Origin: a virus
Taxonomy: Duplodnaviria > Caudoviricetes
Virus record (IMG/VR): IMGVR_UViG_3300029288_000118
Coordinates: 29,987-93,986 of that record
Length of the DNA stretch: 64,000 nt
Strand: one strand, 5' to 3'
Shown: piece by piece, positions 37,430 to 47,743 of the stretch
Layout of the letters: every line of letters begins with the position of its first letter
Numbering within the stretch: the first letter of the stretch is position 1
Program-made: the position numbers and the translations under genes
The notes under the pieces: generated by a model
Told to the model about the DNA's origin: nothing
Database searches by the model: none
Seen by the model: only the letters and a program-made list of their open reading frames with translations

Positions 37430-40252
37430 ATGATACCACTATATGGAAGATTAAAAGGAAGCAAAGGGATTTCGTTCGGACTGGGTTTAGACGAAATAGA
37501 AATAGACTTTACAAAATTTAAACCAGGCATAATAGCGATTCAGGGTGACAATGGAGTAGGTAAGTCTACTATTATGAAACTTATGTTGCATCCTTATCTA
37601 ATGTGTACTGGCAGCAAGAAGAAAATCCAGGAGCACTTCCAATTAAGAAACAGCGAAAAGGAGTTTATTTGCATCCAAGACGGGATTAAATATAGATCAT
37701 TAGTGCTTATTGATGCAAAAAGCGAAAACGCTGAAGCGTATCTATATAAATATCTTCCAGACGGCGAGCAGGAACCGTTAAATAATGGGTTACTCGGTTC
37801 ATACAGAGAGAAAGCAGAAGAAATATTTGGGTCTGAAGAAATATTCGTCAACGTGTTGAATAGTAGCCGGAAACTTACGCCGATCACACAAATGCTTCCC
37901 TCAGAGCGAAAGAAGATATTTTATTACTATCTGGGGAACAAGCTCACAGTCTTTGAGCAATATGAAAAAATAGCTAAAGACCGTTACGATAAAGCAGTTG
38001 ATTTATTAGATAAAGCCAGACAAAAGACAGTATTTATTGATGAACAATTAAGCACGATTCAATCAAAAAACGATATCGATTCTCGGTTGAGAGAGATTGA
38101 GACAGAAAAATTTGATTGCAATAAAAAATTAGAAGAAATATCGGAAAAGCTAAAGATCAGCGACGAAAACTTAATTAAGGAAAAGCACAGATTATCATTG
38201 GTTGATGCGACCGAGAAAAAAATAAAAGAGATAGAAGACAACATAACGTCTTACGAGGCTAACTTAGAAAAAGAAAAAACAGGTTTTATTATTAAAAATA
38301 AAAATCTGGAAGATCAAAAATTAGAGATAGAAGCTGAGGTGCTTCGTAAGGATAAGATTTTACAAAATGGAGACAAGATATCCGAAGCATTAAAAGAAAT
38401 ACAAGAATTACGTGAAATTATAAATATAGTCATTCCGAAGAAAAAACTTCACAGAGCAAGTATAATCAGCGAAGTATCTAAATTAAATGTTGATTATCAG
38501 GAATTGAAAAATAAATATGATGCTCAGTTATCGGCGATAAATTCTAAGTATGAAAAACTTGAACTGGAAGAGAGAAACAGGTTTTCGCAAATACGGGCAG
38601 ATTACAATCTTAAACTGGCAGAGAACAAGAATGTCAAGAATACGATAGAAACAGAATATCAGAACTTAATTAAAACTGAAGAGGATAAATATAGTCAACT
38701 TGTTATCGAAGAAGACAAAAAGAAACAGCGAATAGCGAACCTTGAGATCGAGAAAGAGGCGTTAGGCAAGGAAATAATCAACTTAGAGTCAGATCACAAA
38801 AAAGAAGTAACTCGGTTAGAGAGTGATAGAGAGAGAGCTGAAAAGGAAGCCAGCCAGATAGACAGGGTTCCGTGTAAAAATATTAAAGAATGTACAGAAA
38901 CCTGTGAATTTTTACTCAATGCCAGAACAAACAGGGAGATGATAGGCAAATACTCGGAGAAGAAAAACAGTCTTGAGCAAGAATTTATCGTCAAGAAACA
39001 GGAGTTGGTTGAAAAACAGTCATTAAAATCATTAGCAATTCAGGAGATGCAATCGGCTTTAAAAATTATTGACAGAAGTGAAACAGAAAAAACGATAGCC
39101 AGCATTGAGCGACTAAGAAACGATGAATTATCAGCGGTTATAGATCCAATTGCTCCGGACGAAAAAGAACTTATCGGCAATTTGAATATATTGTCTCTTA
39201 AAAAAGATGATGAATTGTCAGCATTGCACGAGCCTACAAAGCCGGATACGATTGCTCAAGAGATTGAAATATCGAGGATTGATAAAGAAATAAAAGAGTC
39301 TGAAACTCAGGGAAAAGCATTGAAAGAGTTAGAGAGGTATAATTGGGAAGAACTTAAAAAAGAATATGATGAAGTACAGATAATCCTTCCAGAGAAAAAG
39401 AAGTCTCTGGAAGAATTAAAAGCAAGAATTGCGGAATTAAAAGATAATACCGCGAAGGTACAAAGTGAGATTAATCTCAGAATAAGCTCACTTAAATTGG
39501 AAGTTGATGGTTTGAAGAAAGAATCTGACCGGAGTATTATTCTAACGAATATAGCTTCTTGGGAGCAAGAAAAAAAGAGGTTGAATTCAGATAGCGATGA
39601 TAATTCTATAAAAATTAACAATTATAATAAAGAAATAGCGTCTTTGAACGTTATTAATGAAAAAAGAATAGATTTAGAATTACAGCGGACCGACCAGACG
39701 AAAGAAGTTGAAGACAGAGAATTCCAAGCCCAGCGTATTGCATTTATCAGGGAGGGATTATCAAAGAACGGTATTCCAGCACTTATCATTCACAATGTTG
39801 GGCTGGATGTCGCAGCGATTGCGAACGAATATCTTAAAGACGGAGAAAGTGGTTTACGAATAAATTTTGACACATTAAAACCAAATAAGAACGGCGAATA
39901 TCGCGAGTCATTCGATATAGGTATTTATCGTGGAGAGAACAAGATCGAAGTCCAAGACTTGTCTGATGGAGAAACCGTGTGGATAGACGAATCGATCAGT
40001 AAAGCAATGGGTGAATATTTAACGGATCCCAGTAGATATTCTAAACACAAGTATGATTTAGATTTGACAGACGAAAAAGACGGAGCATTGAGTGCTGAAA
40101 ATAAGCCAATATTTTTAAAGCTGTTGGAACAATCAAGGCGACGAGCAAAGAGGCATTATTCATTTGTAGTGACTCATTCTCCGGAGATATGGAAAACAAT
40201 ATCCCAGAGGATACATTTATCAAAAGATAACGGAATAAAAATAGTTAATTAG
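37430..40252 (+). CDS. sbcC: SbcC/Rad50-like SMC ATPase
   Basis: Walker A GDNGVGKST, long coiled coil with a central Cys cluster, LSDGE signature, Walker B DE, VVTH. Confidence 0.92.
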   Translation: MIPLYGRLKGSKGISFGLGLDEIEIDFTKFKPGIIAIQGDNGVGKSTIMKLMLHPYLMCTGSKKKIQEHFQLRNSEKEFICIQDGIKYRSLVLIDAKSENAEAYLYKYLPDGEQEPLNNGLLGSYREKAEEIFGSEEIFVNVLNSSRKLTPITQMLPSERKKIFYYYLGNKLTVFEQYEKIAKDRYDKAVDLLDKARQKTVFIDEQLSTIQSKNDIDSRLREIETEKFDCNKKLEEISEKLKISDENLIKEKHRLSLVDATEKKIKEIEDNITSYEANLEKEKTGFIIKNKNLEDQKLEIEAEVLRKDKILQNGDKISEALKEIQELREIINIVIPKKKLHRASIISEVSKLNVDYQELKNKYDAQLSAINSKYEKLELEERNRFSQIRADYNLKLAENKNVKNTIETEYQNLIKTEEDKYSQLVIEEDKKKQRIANLEIEKEALGKEIINLESDHKKEVTRLESDRERAEKEASQIDRVPCKNIKECTETCEFLLNARTNREMIGKYSEKKNSLEQEFIVKKQELVEKQSLKSLAIQEMQSALKIIDRSETEKTIASIERLRNDELSAVIDPIAPDEKELIGNLNILSLKKDDELSALHEPTKPDTIAQEIEISRIDKEIKESETQGKALKELERYNWEELKKEYDEVQIILPEKKKSLEELKARIAELKDNTAKVQSEINLRISSLKLEVDGLKKESDRSIILTNIASWEQEKKRLNSDSDDNSIKINNYNKEIASLNVINEKRIDLELQRTDQTKEVEDREFQAQRIAFIREGLSKNGIPALIIHNVGLDVAAIANEYLKDGESGLRINFDTLKPNKNGEYRESFDIGIYRGENKIEVQDLSDGETVWIDESISKAMGEYLTDPSRYSKHKYDLDLTDEKDGALSAENKPIFLKLLEQSRRRAKRHYSFVVTHSPEIWKTISQRIHLSKDNGIKIVN

Positions 40253-40261
40253 GGACAGGGA

Positions 40262-40546
40262 ATGAGTAAAGACATACTTTTCAAAGTAAGACCAACTCAA
40301 ATTAGTGGTGTCTATGGTTGTGGAGATTATGAAATTAGAGTTGCGAATAAGTCAGGTGGAAAAGCTGGAAGAGGGAATAATATAACTTCCACTTTGCGAG
40401 TAATAAGCAACGATTCTATAAACGGCGGATATCGCATAGAAAAACAATTCAGATTTACTGTAGGCAACAAAGATAGTTACGATAAAGCAGAGAAAAAGTG
40501 TGTCTTATGGATTATGCAACATCCGAAGACCGGGCAAATAAAATAG
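40262..40546 (+). CDS. Hypothetical protein
   Basis: Tightly packed + strand ORF with purine-rich leader. Confidence 0.55.
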   Translation: MSKDILFKVRPTQISGVYGCGDYEIRVANKSGGKAGRGNNITSTLRVISNDSINGGYRIEKQFRFTVGNKDSYDKAEKKCVLWIMQHPKTGQIK

Positions 40547-40550
40547 TTAA

Positions 40551-40931
40551 TTGAAAACGAACGAGGTTGTGATGGATCTAAAAAAAGAATTTGAAAAAAG
40601 AATACTCCCAATAAAAGATAAGTTGTCAGAAAAAGATTTTGAGAAACTTCTTTTGGTAGCAGAAGGATTTGCTTTTGAATTAATGAGAGCGAACCTGATA
40701 GCCAGGATAATTAATTCTGGATACAATATCCGATTTTGGTGGCAAGAAACGAGCAAGAATAAATTCAGAATAATGTGGGAGATAGACAATCAGCTTTTAG
40801 ATCAACACATTGATGGAGACGAATGTGGATACAACACAGCAGAAGAAGCAATGAAGTCCGTGATTGACACTCTTCGAGAGATCGAAAAGCAGAAAGAAGC
40901 CCAAAAAAGGAGAATAATTAATCCTAATTAG
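40551..40931 (+). CDS. Hypothetical protein
   Basis: Tightly packed ORF; start possibly at the ATG near 40572. Confidence 0.55.
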   Translation: MKTNEVVMDLKKEFEKRILPIKDKLSEKDFEKLLLVAEGFAFELMRANLIARIINSGYNIRFWWQETSKNKFRIMWEIDNQLLDQHIDGDECGYNTAEEAMKSVIDTLREIEKQKEAQKRRIINPN

Positions 40932-40942
40932 GAAAGACTATA

Positions 40943-41287
40943 ATGAACGATAGAATTTATTTAGATTGCTCTGGACTGCATAATATACGGTTAGAGGGAG
41001 TGCCTAACTCAATATACTTGGATGCTGAAGTCTTTTTAAGAAACTTCCAGAGTATACTTGATCAAATAAATTATGTAGCACCATTGAGAAAGGTAAAATT
41101 TCGCACTGGATTTGGCAAAACTCTATCTGGGTGGATGGATGGAAGTTTTCATCGCTGGGGGGACGATATGCTTGAAAATACCGAAGGCCAGGCATTTGTG
41201 AATATGACTGTGGCAATCATAGAAGATAAATATGGGAATTTATACAAAATAGATCCAATCCAAATACAATTTGTAAAGGAATGGTAA
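40943..41287 (+). CDS. Hypothetical phage protein
   Basis: G.FHRWG...TVAIIED..G....IDP..IQF pattern seen in small phage proteins. Confidence 0.6.
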   Translation: MNDRIYLDCSGLHNIRLEGVPNSIYLDAEVFLRNFQSILDQINYVAPLRKVKFRTGFGKTLSGWMDGSFHRWGDDMLENTEGQAFVNMTVAIIEDKYGNLYKIDPIQIQFVKEW

Positions 41288-41493
41288 TGTCGAAAACACT
41301 TAAAGAAATACAGCAAGACGAACAATTTGCCAAAGAGCAAATGGGAATATGCATAAATGATCTTCCGCAGGTGATAGGTGGATCGATCAATAACTTCAAG
41401 TTAATATCGTTTCTTGCGGACTTACATAAAGAAGTTGAGCAACTCCGAAAAAAAGTTGATGAATTTATACAAAATGAGAAAAAGGGAGATTAG
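41281..41493 (+). CDS. Hypothetical protein
   Basis: Coupled ORF with coiled-coil C-terminus. Confidence 0.5.
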   Translation: MVMSKTLKEIQQDEQFAKEQMGICINDLPQVIGGSINNFKLISFLADLHKEVEQLRKKVDEFIQNEKKGD

Positions 41494-41694
41494 ACATGGA
41501 GGGTTACTACACAAGAGTCCAAAAACAGATCAAGAAAGCAACGAAAGAGGCAGAAGCATTAGGTCATTCATTGCCTCGTTGGTTTGAAGGATGTGTATCT
41601 CATTGGGCTGTCTGTGAGCATTGTGGACAATCAGCAAGAGCAGACGATGCAGGTCGCTGGGTGCTGCATTAGAAAATAAATGTGAACATCAGAA

Positions 41695-42138
41695 ATGATT
41701 CAGATTATATCAAAAGAAATTGTAGACAATATACTTGTTTCAGAAAAACTATTGCGAGAGGCGATAGAGAAGTATAAAGGCAAACAGGTTATTATCTCGA
41801 TAGATGAGTTCAATCCTAAAAAGTCTTCGCAGAAGAGAAAACAATATTTTGCCGGCATTGTTGAACCGATGAGACAATTTCTCGGGTACGAGTCAAAAGA
41901 CGCACTTCACGAAGAATTGAAGTTAGCCTGTAACCCGGTAACAAAAGTAAATCTCCAGACCGGAGAAGAAGTAGAAGTGGGAGGATCCACTAAGAAATTT
42001 TCGCCTGATCAATGGGAAGAATACAAAACAAGATGCAGAAGACTTGCAAGGAGACTTGGTATTAAACTACTAACAGAATCAGAATATTATAATAGAATAA
42101 GTAATTCTGAGAGCGAACAAAAACCCTTTGGGGAATAA
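41695..42138 (+). CDS. NinB/YbcN-like recombination accessory protein
   Basis: KSSQKRKQYF, LHEELK and GSTKKFS..QWEEY...GIKL pattern. Confidence 0.6.
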   Translation: MIQIISKEIVDNILVSEKLLREAIEKYKGKQVIISIDEFNPKKSSQKRKQYFAGIVEPMRQFLGYESKDALHEELKLACNPVTKVNLQTGEEVEVGGSTKKFSPDQWEEYKTRCRRLARRLGIKLLTESEYYNRISNSESEQKPFGE

Positions 42139-42272
42139 TAAATGGTTAAAATAAAGGAAATAATTAAAGGTATAACGATTGCATTAATAATATGCACTAT
42201 CATCTATATAGGTCTAAAATATACTTTACCATTGATTAAAAAAGCTATAATAGAATTCATCAGAGAAATTAA

Positions 42273-42524
42273 ATGAGTGTTTATGTCGACAACCTGATGG
42301 ACTGGGGATGGAAGTATGGTAAATCTTGTCATTTAATGGCTGACACAGAAAAAGAATTACACGATTTTGCTCGGTCGATTGGATGCAAAAGAAATTGGTT
42401 TCAGACGAAAAGTTCACCGCACTATGATTTGACTGAAAGCCGAAGAAAGAGGGCGGTAGAAAAAGGAGCAATAGAATTAGACAGACGACAAGCAGTAGAA
42501 TTATGGAAAAAACAAAGAAAATAG
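42273..42524 (+). CDS. DUF4031-family protein
   Basis: VYVD...CHLMADT..ELHDFA..IG.KR.WFQ....HYDLT..RR.RAV..GA. Confidence 0.88.
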   Translation: MSVYVDNLMDWGWKYGKSCHLMADTEKELHDFARSIGCKRNWFQTKSSPHYDLTESRRKRAVEKGAIELDRRQAVELWKKQRK

Positions 42525-42543
42525 AAAGGAGGTGAAGAATCAC

Positions 42544-42666
42544 ATGGCAACGAGAAAGAGCATAAACAAAAAACGGAGATCGCAGGCTAAGACAAAGCAA
42601 AAGAAAAAAGCAGCAGAGAAACGACAACAAAAACAGCAATCTCCGGAAAATAATAACGGCGTATGA
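42544..42666 (+). CDS. 40-aa basic peptide (below the ORF-track cutoff)
   Basis: AAAGGAGGTGA RBS; MATRKSINKKRRSQAKTKQKKKAAEKRQQKQQSPENNNGV. Confidence 0.6.
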   Translation: MATRKSINKKRRSQAKTKQKKKAAEKRQQKQQSPENNNGV

Positions 42667-42764
42667 TGCTTCTCATACCTATAATCAAAGAAGCAAATCC
42701 GGCGTATAGTTAGGTGGTAGCTATATGCCGGATTAATATATTGAGTTTAATAAAGGATAATCCA

Positions 42765-43253
42765 ATGAACAACCGTATAATCGAATCAAAGCGCAATCTA
42801 AAATACGAATTTACTAATGATGAAAAATTAACGATGGGAATGGAAATGGCAAACCTTGATCGAGAGATTAAGTTACTCCAGGAAGAGAAGAAATCAGCAA
42901 ATTCCAACTTCCAGAGCAGGATAGATGAAAAGGAATCGCGCCGGACCAGGTTGTCAAACTGTGTTGCCGATGGCTGTGAATTCAGAGATATCGATTGTGA
43001 GGTCAAATACAATTCTCCTAAAGATGGGGTCAAACAAGTTGTCAGAAAAGACAATAATGAAGTAGTGGAAGAAATCCCTATGACGGCAGAGGAGATGCAG
43101 GAAGAGATGGAATTTCAGGAAACAAGGAAACTTGAGGCTGAAAACAAGAAGGAAAATAAGCGCAAGCAGAAAGCCGAAAAAGCCGGAAAAGAGAAGTCTC
43201 AGAAAAGGCAAGCAATGGCAAAAAAGAAACAGGAACAAAAAGAGACCAAATAG
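42765..43253 (+). CDS. Hypothetical phage protein with basic tail
   Basis: ATG 42765 after AAAGGA; coiled coil then RDIDCEV...R.D..EVVE..PMT.EE.Q. Confidence 0.65.
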   Translation: MNNRIIESKRNLKYEFTNDEKLTMGMEMANLDREIKLLQEEKKSANSNFQSRIDEKESRRTRLSNCVADGCEFRDIDCEVKYNSPKDGVKQVVRKDNNEVVEEIPMTAEEMQEEMEFQETRKLEAENKKENKRKQKAEKAGKEKSQKRQAMAKKKQEQKETK

Positions 43254-43495
43254 AGACTTGCATATTTCAAAAAGTTAAATTATTTTATGTCGTCACAAAA
43301 CGTAAGGATATGAAGACTCGCATCTCAAAATACATAATTCCGCTTGACAATTCATTAAAATATAGCAAGATTAAATACGTCTATTGCTATATTGTTATAT
43401 TGATTTTAACAATACCCCTTGATTCATTCGCGTTGCATCTAAACAATGTAGCGATAGACCGAACGATGATAGGGGTTTTTTATTGTGCAAAACCA

Positions 43496-44242
43496 ATGCG
43501 AACACCGGAACAAAAAGCCAAAAGAAATATATATCTTAAAAGCTGGAGAAAGAAAAATCAGCAGAAGTTATTGATATACTTTCAAGAATATCGAAAAATG
43601 CACCCTGAATTAAAACAATATTATGCTGACTATCATTTCGTTGTTGATAAATACAAACAAAGATGGAAATCGGAACACAACAAATCCTATATGAAAGAAT
43701 ATCGTAAAATAAAGCGTGAACATCTCCGATTATTAAAAATTGAATGGATAAAGAAAAATCCAGAAAAGGCAAAGGCAATCGAATTAAGACATAGAATAAA
43801 TCGGCATGATACCAAAATTATAGCTGATAGAGAGTACAGAAAAAACAATCCAAAAAAGTGCAGTGAAATTGTATGTAAATCAAAAGCAAAGAATCCTGAA
43901 TTATATTTACATATAGCCCAACAATCCCGCCTTATTAGACGAGCAAGAATTAATGGAACTGAAACGGAAAAAATATCTATCTTAAAAATATATGAACGTG
44001 ATTGTTATCGTTGTCATATATGTTTAGAATTAACAAATAAAGACAATCGTTCCATAGATCATCTTATACCAGTGTCGCGTAACGGTGCAACAACAGAATG
44101 GAATCTAATGTTGGCGCATCTCGAATGCAACAGAAAACGTGGAGCAAAAAATATTTTAGGGCTTGAAACCAAAGAATCCGCATTAACATATATTCAACAA
44201 AGAAACGAATTGAAAAAGCTAAGGCAAATAAATGAAACTTGA
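43496..44242 (+). CDS. HNH endonuclease
   Basis: CHIC...SIDHLIPVSRNG....NLMLAHLECN; likely start ATG 43496 after a structured leader (ORF is open from 43310). Confidence 0.85.
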   Translation: MRTPEQKAKRNIYLKSWRKKNQQKLLIYFQEYRKMHPELKQYYADYHFVVDKYKQRWKSEHNKSYMKEYRKIKREHLRLLKIEWIKKNPEKAKAIELRHRINRHDTKIIADREYRKNNPKKCSEIVCKSKAKNPELYLHIAQQSRLIRRARINGTETEKISILKIYERDCYRCHICLELTNKDNRSIDHLIPVSRNGATTEWNLMLAHLECNRKRGAKNILGLETKESALTYIQQRNELKKLRQINET

Positions 44243-46106
44243 TATCTCTGATAATATTCACTTACCGCTTGATTCCGTCACTCAAACATTCGCAATTCTT
44301 GCCAAGCGCAGAGTAGGAAAAACATATACCGCTTCTGTGATCGCGGAAGAATTCGTAAGGGCAAATCTTCCTTTTGTTGTCTTAGACCCTACTGGTGCTT
44401 GGTGGGGATTGAGGTCTGGCAAAAATGGAAAAGCAAAAGGCGGTCTTCCGGTCTATATTATTGGAGGACAAAAAGGTATTCCATTAGAGTCTACCGCTGG
44501 AAGCATTATAGCTGAACAAGTTGCAATTCATCCATCATTTTATATTATAGATGTTTCTCAATTTGAGTCTAATTCTATACAAGATAGGTTTGCGACAGAA
44601 TTTGCAGAGAGACTTTATAGAATCAAGGAAAGGCATAGAGAGCCGTTACATTTGTTTATCGATGAAGCTGATTCTTTTATTCCTCAAAGACCAATAAAAG
44701 GTCAAGAACGAATGCTTGGGGCATTTGAAGCTTTAGTTCGTCGCGGTGGTATTCGTGGAATAGGAGTAACATTAATAAGTCAACGTCCCGCAGTTATAAA
44801 TAAAAATGTTTTGACGCAAACCGAATGTCTTATTGTTCTTCAAACAACAGCACCGCAAGACCAAGATGCAATAGATGAATGGGTAAAGCGCAATGGGACA
44901 GAGGAAAATAGGAAAATTCTTATGTCTTCCCTTGCATCGCTTCAAAAAGGAGAGGCTTGGATATGGAGTCCTGCATGGTTAGAAATTTTTAAACGTATAA
45001 ATATTCGAGAACGTAATACATTCAATTCTTCGGCAACACCCAAGATAAATGAACGTAAAGTTGTGAATCCTACTCTTACTGTTGTCGATATGGAGAAACT
45101 TAGTGAACAAATAAATGCAACAATAAAAGACGCGAAAGAAAACGATCCACGAGAACTTAAAAAAACGATTCGAGAACTTCAGATAGAATTGAAAAAGAAA
45201 TCGATTCCAGTCCCTCAAATTCAATCAAAGCAAACTGATCAAAAACAAATAGATAAAGCCATTCAACAAGTACGTGATCAATACGAATCTCAAATAGTAA
45301 AAGCAAAAAAAGAAATAAATATAATTTGTCAGGGATTAGCGAAAGAAATCGTAGACGTATATCATGCAGTAAAAGCACTTCAGGAAATAAAATTCCCAGC
45401 TTTTACAGACAAGATTGATAAACTTGCATTATTTAAAGCAGAAGCAAGAAAAGAATTAATATTGCCATTAAAGCAAAATAAAAACTACAAGTATGAATTA
45501 GCGATGTTTACAAAAACTGGGGCAAAAATAGGAATAGACAAAGTTAATAAGCAGGACGCTATAACTGGAATTTCTCTTACGTCTATTCCGCCGCATGTTT
45601 ATAATGCCGATAAAATAACAGTGACAGAGAACAATAAACCGCTTCCATCAGGTGCAAAACGGTTATTGGAGGTATTAGTAGCCTGGTATCCGAACTCTCT
45701 TACAGAAGGGCATTGGAGAAGTAACGCAGGGCTGAGAAAGACAGGTACATTCAGTAATTATAAATCTCTGCTTATAACAAAAGGGTTAATTGATAAAAAC
45801 GGAGACAAGTATCAAGCCACAGAAAACGGTATAAATTGGTTTGGAGACAATAAGCCAATAGCACCACAGACCACCGAAGAAGTACTTGCCCTATGGAATC
45901 CCAAGTTACCCGATGGAGCGCGAAGGATATTAGAAGTATTAATACGCTATAAAGGGGAATATATTCCACAAGAAGAAGTACTGGAACAAGCGATATTAAG
46001 AAAGACGGGCACATTCAGCAACTACAAGTCAATGTTGATTACAGCAAAGCTAATAAAAAAGAACGGCAACCAACTGGCAGCGGACAAGGAGACATTGTTC
46101 CTATAA
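44232..46106 (+). CDS. HerA/FtsK-like (DUF87-type) ATPase with two C-terminal winged-helix repeats
   Basis: Walker A AKRRVGKT, LDPTG, Walker B FIDEAD, RRG..RG.G...ISQRPA. Confidence 0.85.
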   Translation: MKLDISDNIHLPLDSVTQTFAILAKRRVGKTYTASVIAEEFVRANLPFVVLDPTGAWWGLRSGKNGKAKGGLPVYIIGGQKGIPLESTAGSIIAEQVAIHPSFYIIDVSQFESNSIQDRFATEFAERLYRIKERHREPLHLFIDEADSFIPQRPIKGQERMLGAFEALVRRGGIRGIGVTLISQRPAVINKNVLTQTECLIVLQTTAPQDQDAIDEWVKRNGTEENRKILMSSLASLQKGEAWIWSPAWLEIFKRINIRERNTFNSSATPKINERKVVNPTLTVVDMEKLSEQINATIKDAKENDPRELKKTIRELQIELKKKSIPVPQIQSKQTDQKQIDKAIQQVRDQYESQIVKAKKEINIICQGLAKEIVDVYHAVKALQEIKFPAFTDKIDKLALFKAEARKELILPLKQNKNYKYELAMFTKTGAKIGIDKVNKQDAITGISLTSIPPHVYNADKITVTENNKPLPSGAKRLLEVLVAWYPNSLTEGHWRSNAGLRKTGTFSNYKSLLITKGLIDKNGDKYQATENGINWFGDNKPIAPQTTEEVLALWNPKLPDGARRILEVLIRYKGEYIPQEEVLEQAILRKTGTFSNYKSMLITAKLIKKNGNQLAADKETLFL

Positions 46107-46199
46107 TGAAAAAGATAGCTTTAAGCGGAAAACTTGGTCATGGCAAATTTGCAAATCTAAATGTCATAGATGAAAATGCAGGACGAAAAGGATAAACAC

Positions 46200-46973
46200 A
46201 TGGCGATATGGAACGTGGTAGAAACATCAATTGGCAGGAATTCAAAAGTGTTTCGATTGACAGATACATTAGGAATCGGGATAGCTCAGACGGTAGGATG
46301 TTTAGTGTTACTCTGGGGAGCTGTTTTGGAACAAAGAGAAGACGGTGATATATCCGGCTGGGCATACTCAGAAATAGAGAGATATGCTGGCTGGGAGGGA
46401 GAAAAAGGAAAATTTGCAAAAGCACTTTACCGAAAAGAAAATTCATTTATTGATATTATAGGGAATAAACATTTGATCCATGATTGGATTGAATATGCTG
46501 GTAGATATCTGATAAAAAGATATGGGACATCTAATAGAGAAAGACTTATTGAAATATGGAATAAACACGGACGGATTTACGGTCAAGCGCAAGAGGAAAC
46601 AATATCGAAGAATAAGGGAAGAAAGAACAAGGTCTATGCTGATGATTCACCGGAAATTAAAGCGGCGAAATATCTGTTTGGTAAAATATTAGACAATGAT
46701 CCTAAAGCAAAAAACCCTGACTTTCAAAGGTGGGCAATAGAAATCGACGGAATATTAAGACTGGATAAAAGAACAAAAGAAGAATTAAAAGCAGTAATTG
46801 ACTGGTGTCAGAATGACAATTTCTGGAAATCAAACATTTTATCAGCCAAGAAACTCAGGTTGCAATTTGCTAAACTTAAACTCCAGATGGAATCTCAAAA
46901 TGTCAAAGGCAGTGGTAAGAAAAAATCAGGGTATACTTTCCAAAAAGGCAAGTACCCAACTCTTAACACGTGA
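46200..46973 (+). CDS. Replication initiator, lambda O-like C-terminal domain
   Basis: P.FQRWA.EI....RLD.RT..E...VIDW...DNFWKSNILS.KKLR.QF..L. Confidence 0.8.
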   Translation: MAIWNVVETSIGRNSKVFRLTDTLGIGIAQTVGCLVLLWGAVLEQREDGDISGWAYSEIERYAGWEGEKGKFAKALYRKENSFIDIIGNKHLIHDWIEYAGRYLIKRYGTSNRERLIEIWNKHGRIYGQAQEETISKNKGRKNKVYADDSPEIKAAKYLFGKILDNDPKAKNPDFQRWAIEIDGILRLDKRTKEELKAVIDWCQNDNFWKSNILSAKKLRLQFAKLKLQMESQNVKGSGKKKSGYTFQKGKYPTLNT

Positions 46974-47538
46974 AGTATTCGACAGGGCTATAGCAGGTCT
47001 CGAAGCAGCAAAGCGCGAAGATTTTTCCAAAGAAACGCTTGATATCTGGTTTAACATCATGTCTAACCGTGAATGGACCAACGGATTTTTTGTTGAAAAA
47101 GTCAGATGTGTCCTGGATTCTAAACAGTACGGGGGTGTAAAATTTGATTCATTCATTGAAGGCAGAGGATTTTATACGGTTTACGAAGCGAATCAAATAG
47201 CATTAAACATAATTGAAAAAAGAAAGCTGGAAATGCGTTCAATGCAGATACCTATTGAAAAAATTGAAGAACAAGGAATGATAGATATACGACAGATTTA
47301 CGAAGGTAGGATACGGATAGCAATGGATAAATTTAGAGAACTACAGATTAAGAAGGTGAAATCCGTAGAAAAGTTTATTCGCTGCGCTTCAGAAGATACA
47401 AAGAGAAAGATAGCCGATATTCTCAAGGGCAAAGGTTATTTGGATCCGGATAAAGAACCACACTGGAAAGCAATATTACATTTATTTGCACCACAAGTAA
47501 TCCAAGAAGTTGAAGAAATAATGATGAAAGGCGGATAG
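46900..47538 (+). CDS. Putative helicase loader/replication accessory protein
   Basis: Overlaps the end of the initiator gene as lambda P-type genes do; start uncertain. Confidence 0.4.
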   Translation: MSKAVVRKNQGILSKKASTQLLTREVFDRAIAGLEAAKREDFSKETLDIWFNIMSNREWTNGFFVEKVRCVLDSKQYGGVKFDSFIEGRGFYTVYEANQIALNIIEKRKLEMRSMQIPIEKIEEQGMIDIRQIYEGRIRIAMDKFRELQIKKVKSVEKFIRCASEDTKRKIADILKGKGYLDPDKEPHWKAILHLFAPQVIQEVEEIMMKGG

Positions 47539-47542
47539 CTAT

Positions 47543-47743
47543 ATGTTTACACAATATGAATTATTAACATTAACAATGGCGTTAGGAATCTATCTCGGAG
47601 AAACTGCGCATGAAAAACCCGATGAAGAAACAAAGAAATGTGCAGAAGACCTAAAGAATAGATTTGCCATCCTGCTCACTGAGGTTTACAAATTAAATGT
47701 ATTTGAAAACAATGAAAAGGATAAAGCCAATGAAAACTTATGA
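47543..47743 (+). CDS. Hypothetical protein
   Basis: Tightly packed ORF. Confidence 0.5.
   Translation: MFTQYELLTLTMALGIYLGETAHEKPDEETKKCAEDLKNRFAILLTEVYKLNVFENNEKDKANENL

Noticed and set aside
43310-43495. Hydrophobic N-terminal extension (signal-like) on the HNH protein
   Set aside because: The region is better explained as promoter plus structured leader, so the ATG at 43496 is preferred; the longer start has an AAGGA and is not fully excluded
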